Assembly: GCA_031551405.1 (NCBI GenBank)
Contig: JAVBNQ010000007.1
Coordinates: 1-64,000 of the forward strand
DNA from: a bacterium
Lineage (GTDB): Bacteria > RUG730
DNA length: 64,000 nt
Reading direction: 5' to 3'
Each line of letters opens with the position of its first letter. Positions within the stretch are counted from its first letter, which is position 1. A program made the position numbers and the translations under genes. The notes under the pieces are model-generated. The model saw only the letters and a program-made list of their open reading frames with translations, was not told where the DNA came from and did no database searches. Below, one piece after another: positions 8,882-18,995 of this stretch.

Positions 8882-9448
8882 ATGAATCTCGAGAATCTAG
8901 AAAATCATCCAAATTTTATTGCTGATTTCAAAAAAGCTGACTCAAAAATATTCGAATTTGTCATAAAAAAATATCAAAACAAAATTTTTAACATCGTGTT
9001 GAATATTTTAAAAAATCGAACAGACGCGGAAGATTTAACACAAAAAGTTTTCTTGAAAATTTTCGAAAAAAGAATGCAATTTAACGGACGCTCTAGTTTT
9101 TATACGTGGATTTATCGAATAGCGATCAACGAAAGTTTGAATGAATTCAAAAAAACTAAAAAAAATGGTGTTTACATCGAGGAAATTATTGCGGATGAAA
9201 ACGGTGCTTTTCAAGTTTACGAGGAGAAACTCGAAAAAGATGAGCTTCAAAAAAAATTCGACAAAATTTTCAATAAACTCCCGGATAAATATCGCATTAT
9301 TTTGACTTTAAAAGATTTTGAAAAAATGTCGTACAATGAAATTTCTGAAACCCTAAATATTTCGCTCGATAAAGTAAAAGTTTGGATTTTTAGAGGCCGC
9401 GAAAATTTGAGAAAATTAATTGAATCAGAAGGACAAGATTTATTATGA
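8882..9448 (+). CDS. ECF RNA polymerase sigma-70 factor
   Basis: DAEDLTQKVF, FYTWIYRIAIN (region 2); LPDKYR...MSYNEISETL (region 4). Confidence 0.92.
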   Translation: MNLENLENHPNFIADFKKADSKIFEFVIKKYQNKIFNIVLNILKNRTDAEDLTQKVFLKIFEKRMQFNGRSSFYTWIYRIAINESLNEFKKTKKNGVYIEEIIADENGAFQVYEEKLEKDELQKKFDKIFNKLPDKYRIILTLKDFEKMSYNEISETLNISLDKVKVWIFRGRENLRKLIESEGQDLL

Positions 9449-9840
9449 AACACAAAAAATATTATAAATTGATTTCAGCTTTTATTGACGACGAAATTAC
9501 GGAAAAAGAAAATCGTAAACTGCAAAAACATTTGGAGGTATGCGATGAATGTCGCGAATATTTGCAGGATTTGCGAAAACTACAAAATTTTTCAGCACCT
9601 AAAAAGCGTGAGCCCATAGATTTGAATTCAAACCAAATAATCTCGAATTTTTTTGAGAAACAACCTCACTTTAGTCATAATTTTAAATTTAAACTCGCGA
9701 TTTCTTTTTGTGTATTTTTATTTTTTGTGACGAGCATGCCGCAAATTTATCAGAAAAAAAACATGCAAGTTTCATTGTGGCCAGATTATGATAATAATAT
9801 TGAAAAGGAGGTGTTAGATATTTATTACCCATCTTTCTAA
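9445..9840 (+). CDS. Zinc-finger (zf-HC2/ZAS) membrane anti-sigma factor
   Basis: ISAFIDDE and HLEVCDEC (HxxxCxxC); one TM helix; ATGA overlap with the sigma gene. Confidence 0.85.
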   Translation: MKHKKYYKLISAFIDDEITEKENRKLQKHLEVCDECREYLQDLRKLQNFSAPKKREPIDLNSNQIISNFFEKQPHFSHNFKFKLAISFCVFLFFVTSMPQIYQKKNMQVSLWPDYDNNIEKEVLDIYYPSF

Positions 9841-9865
9841 AAAATATTTTATATGGGAGTATTTT

Positions 9866-10309
9866 ATGAAAAGAAACATCGCAATTTTAATTTCTTTATT
9901 TTTGATCTTCAATTGTTCTTATTTGTTTGCCGGAAAAAACAAGAAAAAACCAAGTGATTGTTGCTGTTGCTCTTGTTCTGCACAAAAAGCGGAAAAAGCT
10001 CTGTGCCGAGAACATAAATTCGATCCTGAAATGAAAAAGAAAATGCATGAGGAATTTGTAGAAAAATTATCGAAAGAATTAAACTTGACGAAAGAACAGC
10101 GCGAAAATGTAGATAAGATTTTGAAAGAAGGTTGGGATGAAATGAAGGCAAAAAAAGAGCAGATGAAAAAAGAAATGCAGGAGATGAGAGAAGCAAAAAA
10201 CAGCAAAATAAAAGAATCTTTAGATGAAAAACAAAAAGTAAAGTTTGATGAGATCACACAAAAAATGAAGGAAAAATTTGAAGCTGGGAAAATGCATAAA
10301 AACGATTAA
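9866..10309 (+). CDS. Secreted Spy/CpxP-like helical protein with a Cys-rich N-terminus
   Basis: Signal peptide; LNLTKEQ and LDEKQKVKF (LTxxQ-like) motifs; DCCCCSC. Confidence 0.6.
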   Translation: MKRNIAILISLFLIFNCSYLFAGKNKKKPSDCCCCSCSAQKAEKALCREHKFDPEMKKKMHEEFVEKLSKELNLTKEQRENVDKILKEGWDEMKAKKEQMKKEMQEMREAKNSKIKESLDEKQKVKFDEITQKMKEKFEAGKMHKND

Positions 10310-10322
10310 TTTCGCCTAGCTT

Positions 10323-11201
10323 TCACTCGCGAGTTCTAAAAAATTTGATTAACGGATCGACATAAGATCTTTCAGTATTTATGTCGATCACAGTTAACGC
10401 GTTTTTTCGGCATAGACTCTTGAAAATTTCTTTTTCCAGTGCTAATGTTTTTTTGAATTCGTTAGCAAATTTTTGATTCGAAGTATTAATTTCCAGGACT
10501 TCGCCGGTTTCGTTGTCTTTTAAGTTTACGAACCCGATTTTTGGCAGATCAACTTCTCTTGTGTCAAAAATGCGAACATTGATTAAATCGTGTTTTTTGT
10601 TCGTAATTCTAATTGCTTTTTCATAGTCTTGTCCCAAAAAATCTGAAATCAAAAAAACAACGGATTTATGCTTCAAGACTTGATTCAAATAATCTAGGGA
10701 TTTTGTAATATCCGTAGTTCGATTTTTCGGCTCAAAATACAAAATCTCTCGAATGATTCTCAGAATATGTTGCTTGCCCTTTTTCGGCTTAATAAATTTT
10801 TCTACCTCATCCGTAAAAATCAAAAGACCGACTTTGTCGTTGTTTTTGATTGCAGAAAAAGCTAAAATCGCCGCAATCTCAGCCACAATTTCCACCTTAA
10901 ACTTCTCACCGGACCCAAACTCAAGCGATTTACTCATATCAACCGAAATCATCACTGTCATTTCACGTTCTTCCGTGTATTTTTTGATGAACGGTTTCCT
11001 ATTTTTTGCAGTAACGTTCCAGTCGATGCTTCGTATGTCGTCTCCGACTTCATATTCTCTGACTTCGGAAAATTCGATCCCTTGACCTTTGAAAACGCTC
11101 GAATATTGCCCTGCAAAAATGTTATTAACGATTTTTGATGTTTTGATTTCGATCTGGCGGATGTGAGATAAAATTTCTTTTGTATCACGATTTCTAAGCA
11201 T
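10323..11201 (-). CDS. DUF58 (MoxR-associated VWA-like) protein
   Basis: GQGIEFSEVREYEVGDDIRSIDWNVTA, VDMSKS, LISDF. Confidence 0.9.
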   Translation of the reverse strand: MLRNRDTKEILSHIRQIEIKTSKIVNNIFAGQYSSVFKGQGIEFSEVREYEVGDDIRSIDWNVTAKNRKPFIKKYTEEREMTVMISVDMSKSLEFGSGEKFKVEIVAEIAAILAFSAIKNNDKVGLLIFTDEVEKFIKPKKGKQHILRIIREILYFEPKNRTTDITKSLDYLNQVLKHKSVVFLISDFLGQDYEKAIRITNKKHDLINVRIFDTREVDLPKIGFVNLKDNETGEVLEINTSNQKFANEFKKTLALEKEIFKSLCRKNALTVIDINTERSYVDPLIKFFRTRE

Positions 11202-11202
11202 T

Positions 11203-12192
11203 TTACGGCACTTCTATCTCGTTAAAAATCTTTTTCACGACTTCTTCCGGTGTGATTCCTTCGGCTTCCGCCTCGTATGTGATGCTAATTCTATGCCTAA
11301 GAACGTCAAGCCCAATCGCTTTTATGTCCTCCGGTGTGACGTAGCCTCGTCCTGAAATAAATGCAAAAGCTTTCGCAGCTTTGACTAAATTTATTGTTGC
11401 TCGAGGAGATGCACCGTAGTTTATCAAACTTTTTAGGTCTGCCAAGTTGTGATCTTCAGGAAATCTAGTAGCAAAAACTATGTTCAAAATATATTGTTCG
11501 ATTTTTTCATCAACGTAAATATTATCGACAAGCTCTCTCACTCGAATTAAGTCTTCGCGTGTAAAGATTCGAGATACGCTGTCCTCGTGAAGCTTTGATT
11601 TTCGTCTCAAAATTTCGAGCTCATCATTTTTCGTCGGATACGTGATATTAAGTTTCAGCATGAATCTGTCGACTTGCGCTTCAGGCAAAGGATACGTTCC
11701 TTCCTGCTCGACTGGATTTTGCGTCGCCAAAACTAAAAATGGAGAATCGAGTTTGTACGTTGTTTCTCCAATAGTAACGCATTTTTCTTGCATTGCTTCT
11801 AGGAGAGCACTTTGGACTTTTGCAGGAGCGCAGTTGATCTCGTCAGCCAAAATTATGTTTGAGAAAATCGGTCCTTTCTTGATCTGAAACTCGGATTTTT
11901 GCATATTGTAAATCAACGTTCCTATGAGATCCGCAGGCAACAAATCAGGCGTGAACTGGATTCTTTGAAAATCCACATTTACTATGTCAGCTATCGTTTT
12001 TACAGCCAAAGTTTTTGCAAGACCGGGCACTCCTTCGATAAGAATGTGTCCGTCTGCAAACAGTCCCACCAAAATTCTTTCCAAGAGATATCTTTGCCCG
12101 ACTATAACCTTGCCGAATTCTACAAATATCGAACGCAAGAAATCAGTTTCTAGTTTTATTTTTTCATTTATTTCTCTTATGTCGTACGCCAT
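11203..12192 (-). CDS. moxR: MoxR-family AAA+ ATPase (start set at ATG 12192 with GGAGG RBS)
   Basis: EGVPGLAKT, RIQFTPDLLPAD, ATQNPVEQEGTYPLPEAQVDRF, GASPRA. Confidence 0.92.
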   Translation of the reverse strand: MAYDIREINEKIKLETDFLRSIFVEFGKVIVGQRYLLERILVGLFADGHILIEGVPGLAKTLAVKTIADIVNVDFQRIQFTPDLLPADLIGTLIYNMQKSEFQIKKGPIFSNIILADEINCAPAKVQSALLEAMQEKCVTIGETTYKLDSPFLVLATQNPVEQEGTYPLPEAQVDRFMLKLNITYPTKNDELEILRRKSKLHEDSVSRIFTREDLIRVRELVDNIYVDEKIEQYILNIVFATRFPEDHNLADLKSLINYGASPRATINLVKAAKAFAFISGRGYVTPEDIKAIGLDVLRHRISITYEAEAEGITPEEVVKKIFNEIEVP

Positions 12193-12236
12193 TTTGCCTC
12201 CTTTTTTGCAGCAGAAATTTTTTTCCTGAGATTTTG

Positions 12237-13091
12237 TCAATTTATATGAATCAAAATATTGTCGATCAGACGCGTTTTCCCGATATAAACGGCCAGCGCT
12301 AAAAGAATATTTTTTTGATTTTTTAAATCTTGCAGAGGTTCCAAATTTTTTGAATCTCCGACGAAAATGTAGTCTATTTTAGCAAGAGTATTTTTGATGA
12401 TAATTTTTTCGATTTCGTTTTTTATCGAATTTGCGTCTGAAATTTCGCCGGATTCAATTGAATTTTTTACAAATCTTAACGCCTGGCTCAGGCAAACTGC
12501 TTGCTGACGTTCGAGTTGATTCAAATATTTGTTCCTCGAACTCATCGCGAGCCCATCGTTTTCTCGAATGATTTCGCACATTTCGAGCTTTACGTCAAAT
12601 CCGAGTTGCTCAGTCATCCTCTTGATTACCAAAAACTGTTGATAGTCTTTTTGCCCAAAATACGCAACTTGCGGTTTTAGGATATTGAAAAGTTTTGCTA
12701 CAATCGTCGCCACGCCTTGGAAATGCCCTGGACGTGACGCTCCGCAAAGCCCAGAGGTGATATTTTGGACATCCACGAAAACGTTTTGTTTCGTGGGGTA
12801 AATTTCGGTAACAGCTGGCGCAAAAATCACGTCGACATTAGCTTTTTTTGCAATTTCGATGTCGTCTTGAAAAGTTCTTGGATATTTCGAAAAATCCTCA
12901 TTTTCTCCGAATTGAAGCGGATTCACGAAAATGCTCAAAACTACTATTTCGTTTTCTTGCCTGGCTTTATTTAGGAGAGAAAGATGTCCCTCATGCAACG
13001 CGCCCATAGTCGGGATAAAGCCGATTTTTTTATTGAATCCAAATTTTTTGAGCCAGTTTTTATAATCAAGGATTGTTTCGAGAATTAACAT
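12237..13091 (-). CDS. panC: Pantoate-beta-alanine ligase
   Basis: PTMGALHEGH, SIFVNPLQF, RPGHFQGV, FGQKDYQQ, GLAMSSRN, TRLIDN. Confidence 0.96.
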   Translation of the reverse strand: MLILETILDYKNWLKKFGFNKKIGFIPTMGALHEGHLSLLNKARQENEIVVLSIFVNPLQFGENEDFSKYPRTFQDDIEIAKKANVDVIFAPAVTEIYPTKQNVFVDVQNITSGLCGASRPGHFQGVATIVAKLFNILKPQVAYFGQKDYQQFLVIKRMTEQLGFDVKLEMCEIIRENDGLAMSSRNKYLNQLERQQAVCLSQALRFVKNSIESGEISDANSIKNEIEKIIIKNTLAKIDYIFVGDSKNLEPLQDLKNQKNILLALAVYIGKTRLIDNILIHIN

Positions 13092-14455
13092 TTTTTCAAA
13101 TATTCTTCGCCGATTTTGTAAACATCCCCGGCACCAAGAGTTAAAATTATTGCTTTTCCGTCAATATTTTCGGCTAAAAATTTTTGCACTTTGTCCGGAG
13201 TTTCAAAAAATACGACTTGATCTTCACGATTTTTTTGCATTTTATCTACGATAAAATTTATGTCAATATTATTCACGTTTTTCTCGCCGGCTGGATAAAT
13301 CGGCAAAAGCAAAACATTATCCATTTTTTCCAAAACTTTTGCAAATTCATCAGCCAAAATTTCTGTTCTTGAGTATCGATGCGGCTGAAAAATTACGTAT
13401 TTTTTGTGTTCCGGCCAAAAATTTTTTACGGATTTCCAAGTAGCCAGCATTTCCGTCGGATGATGTCCGTAATCGTCAATTACCAAAATTTCGCCTTTTT
13501 TGCCTTTTAGCTGGAGACGACGTTCTACGCCTCGGAAAGATTGGATCGCAGACGCTATATCCTCAAATTTTTGTTTGAGCTCGAGCATCACTCCTATAGA
13601 CGCCAAAGCATTCAAAATATTGTGTTCTCCGGGCATAGGTAGAAAAATTTTCCCAAGATTTTCCGATTTATAAATTACTTCAAAAACCGTTTTTCCGTCA
13701 CTAACACAAATATTTTTCGCCATCAAATCAGCTTCGTTTTTTATGCCGTACGTAATACATTTTCTGTTCGTTTTTTTCGCGAGCTGACTTGCATTTTCGT
13801 CATCATTGCAAATCACGCTGAATCCATAAAATGGCACTTTGTCGACGAAACTAAGAAACGCGTTTTTTAAATTATCCATATTTTTGTAATAATCAAGGTG
13901 ATCAGAATCTATGTTTGTCACGACGGCAACAATTGGGTTGTATTTCAGAAACGAGCCGTCGCTTTCGTCAGCTTCTGCGACGAAAAATTTGCCTTGTCCG
14001 AGTTTCGCACCAGTGCCAAAGTCGTTCAATTTCCCGCCAATAACTATCGTCGGATCAAGACCAAGTGAGTGCATTAACCATGAGATTAGAGAAGTTGTCG
14101 TTGTTTTTCCGTGTGTCCCGGCCACTAAGATTGAGTATTTTAGTCGCATCAGCTCAGCCAACATTTCTGAGCGAGGAATTACCGGAATTTTCCTTGATTT
14201 TGCGAAAACCACCTCAGGATTTTCACTCGAAATTGCAGTTGAAGTCACGACTACTTCCACGTCGTCCGATATGTTTTTCTCCGAATGTCCCAAAAATATT
14301 TCGATATTTTTATTCCGCAAGTGAGTCGTAACACTCGTTTCTTTCAAGTCAGAGCCCGAAATTTTGTAACCTAAGTTATTCAAAACTTCGGCGATACCGC
14401 TCATTCCGGAGCCGCCGATTCCAACAAAATGAATTTTTTTGATCAAACTAAACAT
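13085..14455 (-). CDS. murC: UDP-N-acetylmuramate-L-alanine ligase
   Basis: HFVGIGGSGMSGIA, GTHGKTTT, EADESDGSF, DDYGHHPTE, FQPHRYSRT. Confidence 0.96.
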   Translation of the reverse strand: MFSLIKKIHFVGIGGSGMSGIAEVLNNLGYKISGSDLKETSVTTHLRNKNIEIFLGHSEKNISDDVEVVVTSTAISSENPEVVFAKSRKIPVIPRSEMLAELMRLKYSILVAGTHGKTTTTSLISWLMHSLGLDPTIVIGGKLNDFGTGAKLGQGKFFVAEADESDGSFLKYNPIVAVVTNIDSDHLDYYKNMDNLKNAFLSFVDKVPFYGFSVICNDDENASQLAKKTNRKCITYGIKNEADLMAKNICVSDGKTVFEVIYKSENLGKIFLPMPGEHNILNALASIGVMLELKQKFEDIASAIQSFRGVERRLQLKGKKGEILVIDDYGHHPTEMLATWKSVKNFWPEHKKYVIFQPHRYSRTEILADEFAKVLEKMDNVLLLPIYPAGEKNVNNIDINFIVDKMQKNREDQVVFFETPDKVQKFLAENIDGKAIILTLGAGDVYKIGEEYLKKC

Positions 14456-14807
14456 TTTTAAAAACTACCTTTTTATTTATGATTTTTATGCCTTCTTCTT
14501 CGAGCATCTCGATTTTTTGCTCTATTCCGCGTTCAGCTGAAAATCCGCCGAGACTTCCGTCTTTTCTAACTACTCGGTGACAAGGAATTATTCCCAAAAT
14601 TGGGTTTTTTCCAAGAGCAAGTCCGACAGCGCGGGAGCCTTTTGGACAACCGATTTTTTCAGCAATCCACGAATAAGTTCTGACTTCTCCACTCGGGATA
14701 GTCATAGCAGCTTCCCAAACTTTTTGATAAAAAATCGGATATTTTGAAATAATTTTTTTAATTTCTTTTTTTGTCATAAAAGTTTTATTTAAGCTAAGGT
14801 TTTTCAC
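14448..14807 (-). CDS. ogt: Methylated-DNA-protein-cysteine methyltransferase (MGMT; C-terminal domain only)
   Basis: IPSGEVRTY, RAVGLAL, IPCHRVV with the catalytic Cys intact. Confidence 0.85.
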   Translation of the reverse strand: MKNLSLNKTFMTKKEIKKIISKYPIFYQKVWEAAMTIPSGEVRTYSWIAEKIGCPKGSRAVGLALGKNPILGIIPCHRVVRKDGSLGGFSAERGIEQKIEMLEEEGIKIINKKVVFKNV

Positions 14808-14834
14808 GTAAGCCGTCTTTACAATAAGTTTTTA

Positions 14835-15480
14835 TTTAAAATTTTCGTTTAGATTTGCTATTTTTCACGAGTTTTTTTCAAAAATTAAATTCCTAAAAAA
14901 AATTAAAACCAAAATTCTATCGTTTTTTTGATTTTACAAAACTTTTTTATCTTTCAGTCCTCACGATGGAATTTTTATTTTCCACGTGCGCGGCGTTCTT
15001 TTTTCGAAAAACCAACTCCAAAGCCGTAGGTTTTTCAAGCTTTTCCTAGGCTTTTTCTCGCAAAACTCGCTTCACTCCGTTTCGCTCATACAGTTGCGAG
15101 CAAGGTTTTTTTACTTCTACCCCCGCCTAATTTTTTCGTTCCTTCCTAAAGTTTTTTTGGTCTACTTTTAGGAGCCTATAGACGATAAACTTTAAAAACC
15201 TTGTTTTAATTTTTTCTTTCTCGTAAGGGTTTTTTGTAGTTTTCTTCTATTTTATTGTTTCAGTTTTATCTCTAAAAATTGCTAGACAATTTTTTCAAAC
15301 CCCCATCATGTAGGAAAGTGGAAAAATTTTTGAAAAACTGTTAAGAAATTTTCAACTGTTTGAGCCCAATTTTTTGTGGTGAGTTTTGAAAATTTTTACC
15401 TATATCCGGAATGTTTGGGGCGTCGTTTTCTTTTGGTTCATTTTCTTTCTGGACGAGCAAAAGAAAATGAACCAGACTCG
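14835..15480 (-). repeat. Dispersed ~650-bp intergenic structured repeat element, copy 2 (inverted relative to copy 1)
   Basis: Reverse-complement match to 5720-6385; includes a perfect 15-bp stem TGGTTCATTTTCTTT/AAAGAAAATGAACCA (15434-15474). Confidence 0.88.
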
Positions 15481-15581
15481 CAAAAACAATTTTGGAAAAA
15501 ATAAAACAGATGTCGTTAGCGGAAAAACAATAATGGTGAAAAGTTTCTTGTTTTTTTCAATATAGAAGTACGAGAAATAGT

Positions 15582-17069
15582 TTAGTAATAAATTTTCAAA
15601 GTATTTTCTAGCCTTTTTACGACTTTTTCTTTCCCTAAAACCTCGAGATAGTGGAAAAGGCTTGGGCCTTTTGTTCGTCCAGAAGTTGCAACTCTGACTG
15701 GATGAAAAATTTGTCCGGTTTTTATACTATTTTTTTCTGCGTAACTTCTGAATAATTCTTCTAATTTTTCTGCTGTAAAAACTTCAAGATTTCGGATATT
15801 TTCCAGCATTTCCTTCAAAATTTTGTTCGAAATTTCTTTGTTTTTAATTAAAACTTTTTCAACATCTTCTGAATTATACTCGATTTCGTCTTTAAGCATA
15901 AAATCAAACAAACCCGGAATATCCGTCAAATATTTGACTTTTTCCTGTTCGAGAGCGATTATTTTTTTCAAGTTTTCTTTATCAACGTCCGTCAAATTTT
16001 TGGACACAAGCTTTGCGTCTTCTAGCCAGGAAATAGCGATTTCCGTAAACTCGTCCAGAGATTTCGCTCGAATATACTCGCCATTCAGCCACAACAGTTT
16101 TTTGTCGTCAAAGATCGCTGCGCTCGAGCTGCATTTGTAAAGATCGAATTTTTGAACGAGCTCTTCGTGAGAAAAAATTTGCTGGCTGTCTTGAGTCGAC
16201 CAACCGAGTAGAGCGAGATAATTCACAAGTGCATCAGGCAAAAATCCCATTTCTCGATACGCCAAAACCGAGGTTGCGCCGTGTCTTTTCGAAAGCCTTG
16301 AGCCGTCTGATCCCAAAATCATCGGAATATGCGCAAATTTCGGGATTTTGAACCCGAAAGCTTTGTAGAGCATAATTTGGCGCGGAGTGTTCGAGATATG
16401 GTCATCGCCGCGAACAACGTGGCTGATTTCCATTAAAGCGTCGTCGATTACAACCGCAAAATTATAAACAGGAACGCCGGATGATTTTACTATCACGAAA
16501 TCGTCGAGCAAACTATTGTCAAAACGTATTTCGCCCTTGATTATATCCTTAAAAATTGTCTCGCCAATTCCATCGTTTTTGAAGCGAATTACCGGTTTTA
16601 TTCCTTGATTTTCAAAATTTTTGATCTGTTCCGTTGATAAATTGCGGCATTTGTTATCATATTTTGGAGCTTTATGTTCTTTTTGAGCTTGTTCTCTTTT
16701 AGCCGCTAATTCTTCGGTAGAGCAGAAACATTTGTACGCTTTGCCTTCATCCAACAATTTTTGCACATATTCGTCATAAATTTTTGTTCTTTGCATTTGA
16801 AAGTACGGGCCAAATTCGCCTTTTGTTCCGATCGAGCCATTAGCGTCAATCGTCGGACCTTCGTCCCACCCGAGACCGAGCCATTGTATCCCGTAAAGAA
16901 TCGCCAAAACCGATTCGTCAGTTGATCTGAGTTCGTCTGTATCTTCGATTCTCAAAATGAATTTTCCGTTAGTATGTTTAGCAAAAAGATAGTTGTAAAG
17001 AGCAGTTCTCGCTCCTCCAATATGCAAAAATCCGGTTGGGCTTGGCGCAAATCTTACTCGTACTGTCAT
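15582..17069 (-). CDS. gltX: Glutamate-tRNA ligase
   Basis: RFAPSPTG, HIGG, LRIEDTD, RGDDH, LSKRHG. Confidence 0.97.
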   Translation of the reverse strand: MTVRVRFAPSPTGFLHIGGARTALYNYLFAKHTNGKFILRIEDTDELRSTDESVLAILYGIQWLGLGWDEGPTIDANGSIGTKGEFGPYFQMQRTKIYDEYVQKLLDEGKAYKCFCSTEELAAKREQAQKEHKAPKYDNKCRNLSTEQIKNFENQGIKPVIRFKNDGIGETIFKDIIKGEIRFDNSLLDDFVIVKSSGVPVYNFAVVIDDALMEISHVVRGDDHISNTPRQIMLYKAFGFKIPKFAHIPMILGSDGSRLSKRHGATSVLAYREMGFLPDALVNYLALLGWSTQDSQQIFSHEELVQKFDLYKCSSSAAIFDDKKLLWLNGEYIRAKSLDEFTEIAISWLEDAKLVSKNLTDVDKENLKKIIALEQEKVKYLTDIPGLFDFMLKDEIEYNSEDVEKVLIKNKEISNKILKEMLENIRNLEVFTAEKLEELFRSYAEKNSIKTGQIFHPVRVATSGRTKGPSLFHYLEVLGKEKVVKRLENTLKIYY

Positions 17070-17081
17070 AATATTTTCCTC

Positions 17082-17957
17082 TTAATAAATTACTTTTGTG
17101 AGCGGATATTCGATGATTCCTTCGGCACCGGCTTTTTTCAAAAGTGGCAATATTTTTTTCAATTCTTTCTCCTCGATAATTACTTCTATTGCGACCCAAT
17201 CATTCGAGTAAAGAGGCGAAATAGTTGGTTTTTTGAGAGATGGCAAAATTTTTGTAAGCTCGTCTAATTTGTTTTTTTCAATATTCATTTTTAATCCGAC
17301 GAGTCCTTCTGCTGCTAGCGCGCCTTTTAAGAGCATCATAATATTTTCGATTTTTTCTTTTTTCCATGAGTTTTCCAAAGCTTTTTCATTTGCAATGAAC
17401 CTCGTCGTAGATTGCAAAAGTTCTTCAACAATTCGTAATTTATTAGCTCTGAGCGAGCTTCCGGTTTCAGTCAATTCTACAATCGCGTCGACGAGAGCTG
17501 GCGTTTTTGCTTCCGTCGCGCCCCAGGAAAATTCGATTTCAACTTTGATATTTTTGGAGTTGAAATAATTTTGAGTGACGTTTACAAGCTCGGTTGCGAT
17601 TCGTTTCCCATCGAGATCGGCGGCTTTTTTTATTGCAGAATCTTCTGGAACCGCCAAAACCCATCTGACTGGACGAAATCCTGATTTCGCATAAATGAGC
17701 TCGCCAATTTCTTTTACTTTGGCTTTTGACTCGCAAATCCAGTCGTAACCAGTCAGTCCGGCGTCAAAAACGCCTTGCTCGACGTATTTCGCCATTTCTT
17801 GGCTTCTGACGAGAATGATTTCGAGGTCTTCGTCGTCACAATATGGAAAGTATGATCTTGAGCCCGGAACTATTCTGATTCCGGCTTTTTTGAATAATTC
17901 TATCGTCGATTCTTGCAAGCTGCCTTTCGGCAAGCCTAATTTTAATTTTTGAGTCAT
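17082..17957 (-). CDS. hisG: ATP phosphoribosyltransferase (long form)
   Basis: LPKGSL, GATE, DAIVELTETGSSLRAN and the C-terminal regulatory domain. Confidence 0.95.
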   Translation of the reverse strand: MTQKLKLGLPKGSLQESTIELFKKAGIRIVPGSRSYFPYCDDEDLEIILVRSQEMAKYVEQGVFDAGLTGYDWICESKAKVKEIGELIYAKSGFRPVRWVLAVPEDSAIKKAADLDGKRIATELVNVTQNYFNSKNIKVEIEFSWGATEAKTPALVDAIVELTETGSSLRANKLRIVEELLQSTTRFIANEKALENSWKKEKIENIMMLLKGALAAEGLVGLKMNIEKNKLDELTKILPSLKKPTISPLYSNDWVAIEVIIEEKELKKILPLLKKAGAEGIIEYPLTKVIY

Positions 17958-18104
17958 TTTTCTCTCCGTTTGTTTTTGTAAAAAATTTAGAAATTATCGT
18001 TTAATTGAGTTGAAAATTTAAAGTCTTAATTTTATCAAAAAAAATTTTTTTCTCCAAAATAAAAATTGAGTGAAAGCCTTGTTTAAAAAATTTGTTTGTC
18101 GAGT

Positions 18105-18995
18105 TTATTTTGATTTTGAGTGGGGGTGGGCTTTGTTGTAATCTTTTTTGAGGCGATTTATATCGAGATGCGCGTAAATTTGCGTAGTCGATAAATTTGC
18201 GTGACCGAGCATCTCTTGAACGCTTCGAATATCGCAGCCTTGATTTAGCAAGTGCGTCGCAAACGTATGTCTGATTTTGTGGGGACTGATTTTTTTTGTG
18301 AGAGCGAGTTTTCGAATATATTTGCTAATAATCCTCGAAACGCTTCGCACATTCAAAACCTCTCCTTTAAAATTTCTGAACAAAAAATCTTTTGAAGTTA
18401 GACTGTATTTGAAAATTATCTCGTCGATATATTTTTTGACAATTTTGATGCTATTTGTGCCAATCGGAACAATTCTTTCTTTTCTGCCTTTCCCGAGAAT
18501 TTTTATTGTTTCTCCGAATAGATCGATATCTTGAATTTTTATGCTGATAAGTTCAGCGACTCGTATTCCCGTCGAATAAAGAATTTCGAGAATTGCGGTA
18601 TCTCTCAGCTCGAATTTTTGGTCGCCTTCCGGAGCATTCAAAAGATCAAACATTTCGTCTTGAGATAAAAAAATCGGAATATTTTTGGATTTTTTAGGAA
18701 GCCTCGTGTATAAAAAATTATTTTTTTCTAGTAAATTTTCGCTAGTCAAAAATTTCAAGAAACTTTTTATAGATGAGATTTTTCGTGAGATTGTAGTTGG
18801 TTTATAATTATTTGCGTACAGACCTGACAAATATTCTCTTCCTAATCTCCTATCGAAATCCTGTAAATTTTTTGTCTGGTTTTTTAGAAATTCTGCCAGA
18901 TTTTTTAAGTCAATTTCGTAGTTTTTTATTGTATGGATCGAGTAATTTTTCTCGATTTTGAGATAATTTATAAACTTTTCGATTAAATTTTTCAT
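18105..18995 (-). CDS. xerC: Tyrosine recombinase XerC/XerD
   Basis: N-terminal SAM-like domain; catalytic R (TGIRV), K (GKGRKER), HxxR (PHKIRH), LGH and Y (TQIY). Confidence 0.85.
   Translation of the reverse strand: MKNLIEKFINYLKIEKNYSIHTIKNYEIDLKNLAEFLKNQTKNLQDFDRRLGREYLSGLYANNYKPTTISRKISSIKSFLKFLTSENLLEKNNFLYTRLPKKSKNIPIFLSQDEMFDLLNAPEGDQKFELRDTAILEILYSTGIRVAELISIKIQDIDLFGETIKILGKGRKERIVPIGTNSIKIVKKYIDEIIFKYSLTSKDFLFRNFKGEVLNVRSVSRIISKYIRKLALTKKISPHKIRHTFATHLLNQGCDIRSVQEMLGHANLSTTQIYAHLDINRLKKDYNKAHPHSKSK

Noticed and set aside
15434-15474. Strong 15-bp hairpin as the intrinsic terminator of gltX
   Set aside because: On the gltX strand it is followed by an A-rich run rather than a U-tract; treated as part of the repeat element
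18105-18995. Tyrosine recombinase as a prophage or island integrase
   Set aside because: Size and motifs are typical of housekeeping XerC/D, it overlaps queE in a housekeeping run, and no phage genes or att repeats are nearby
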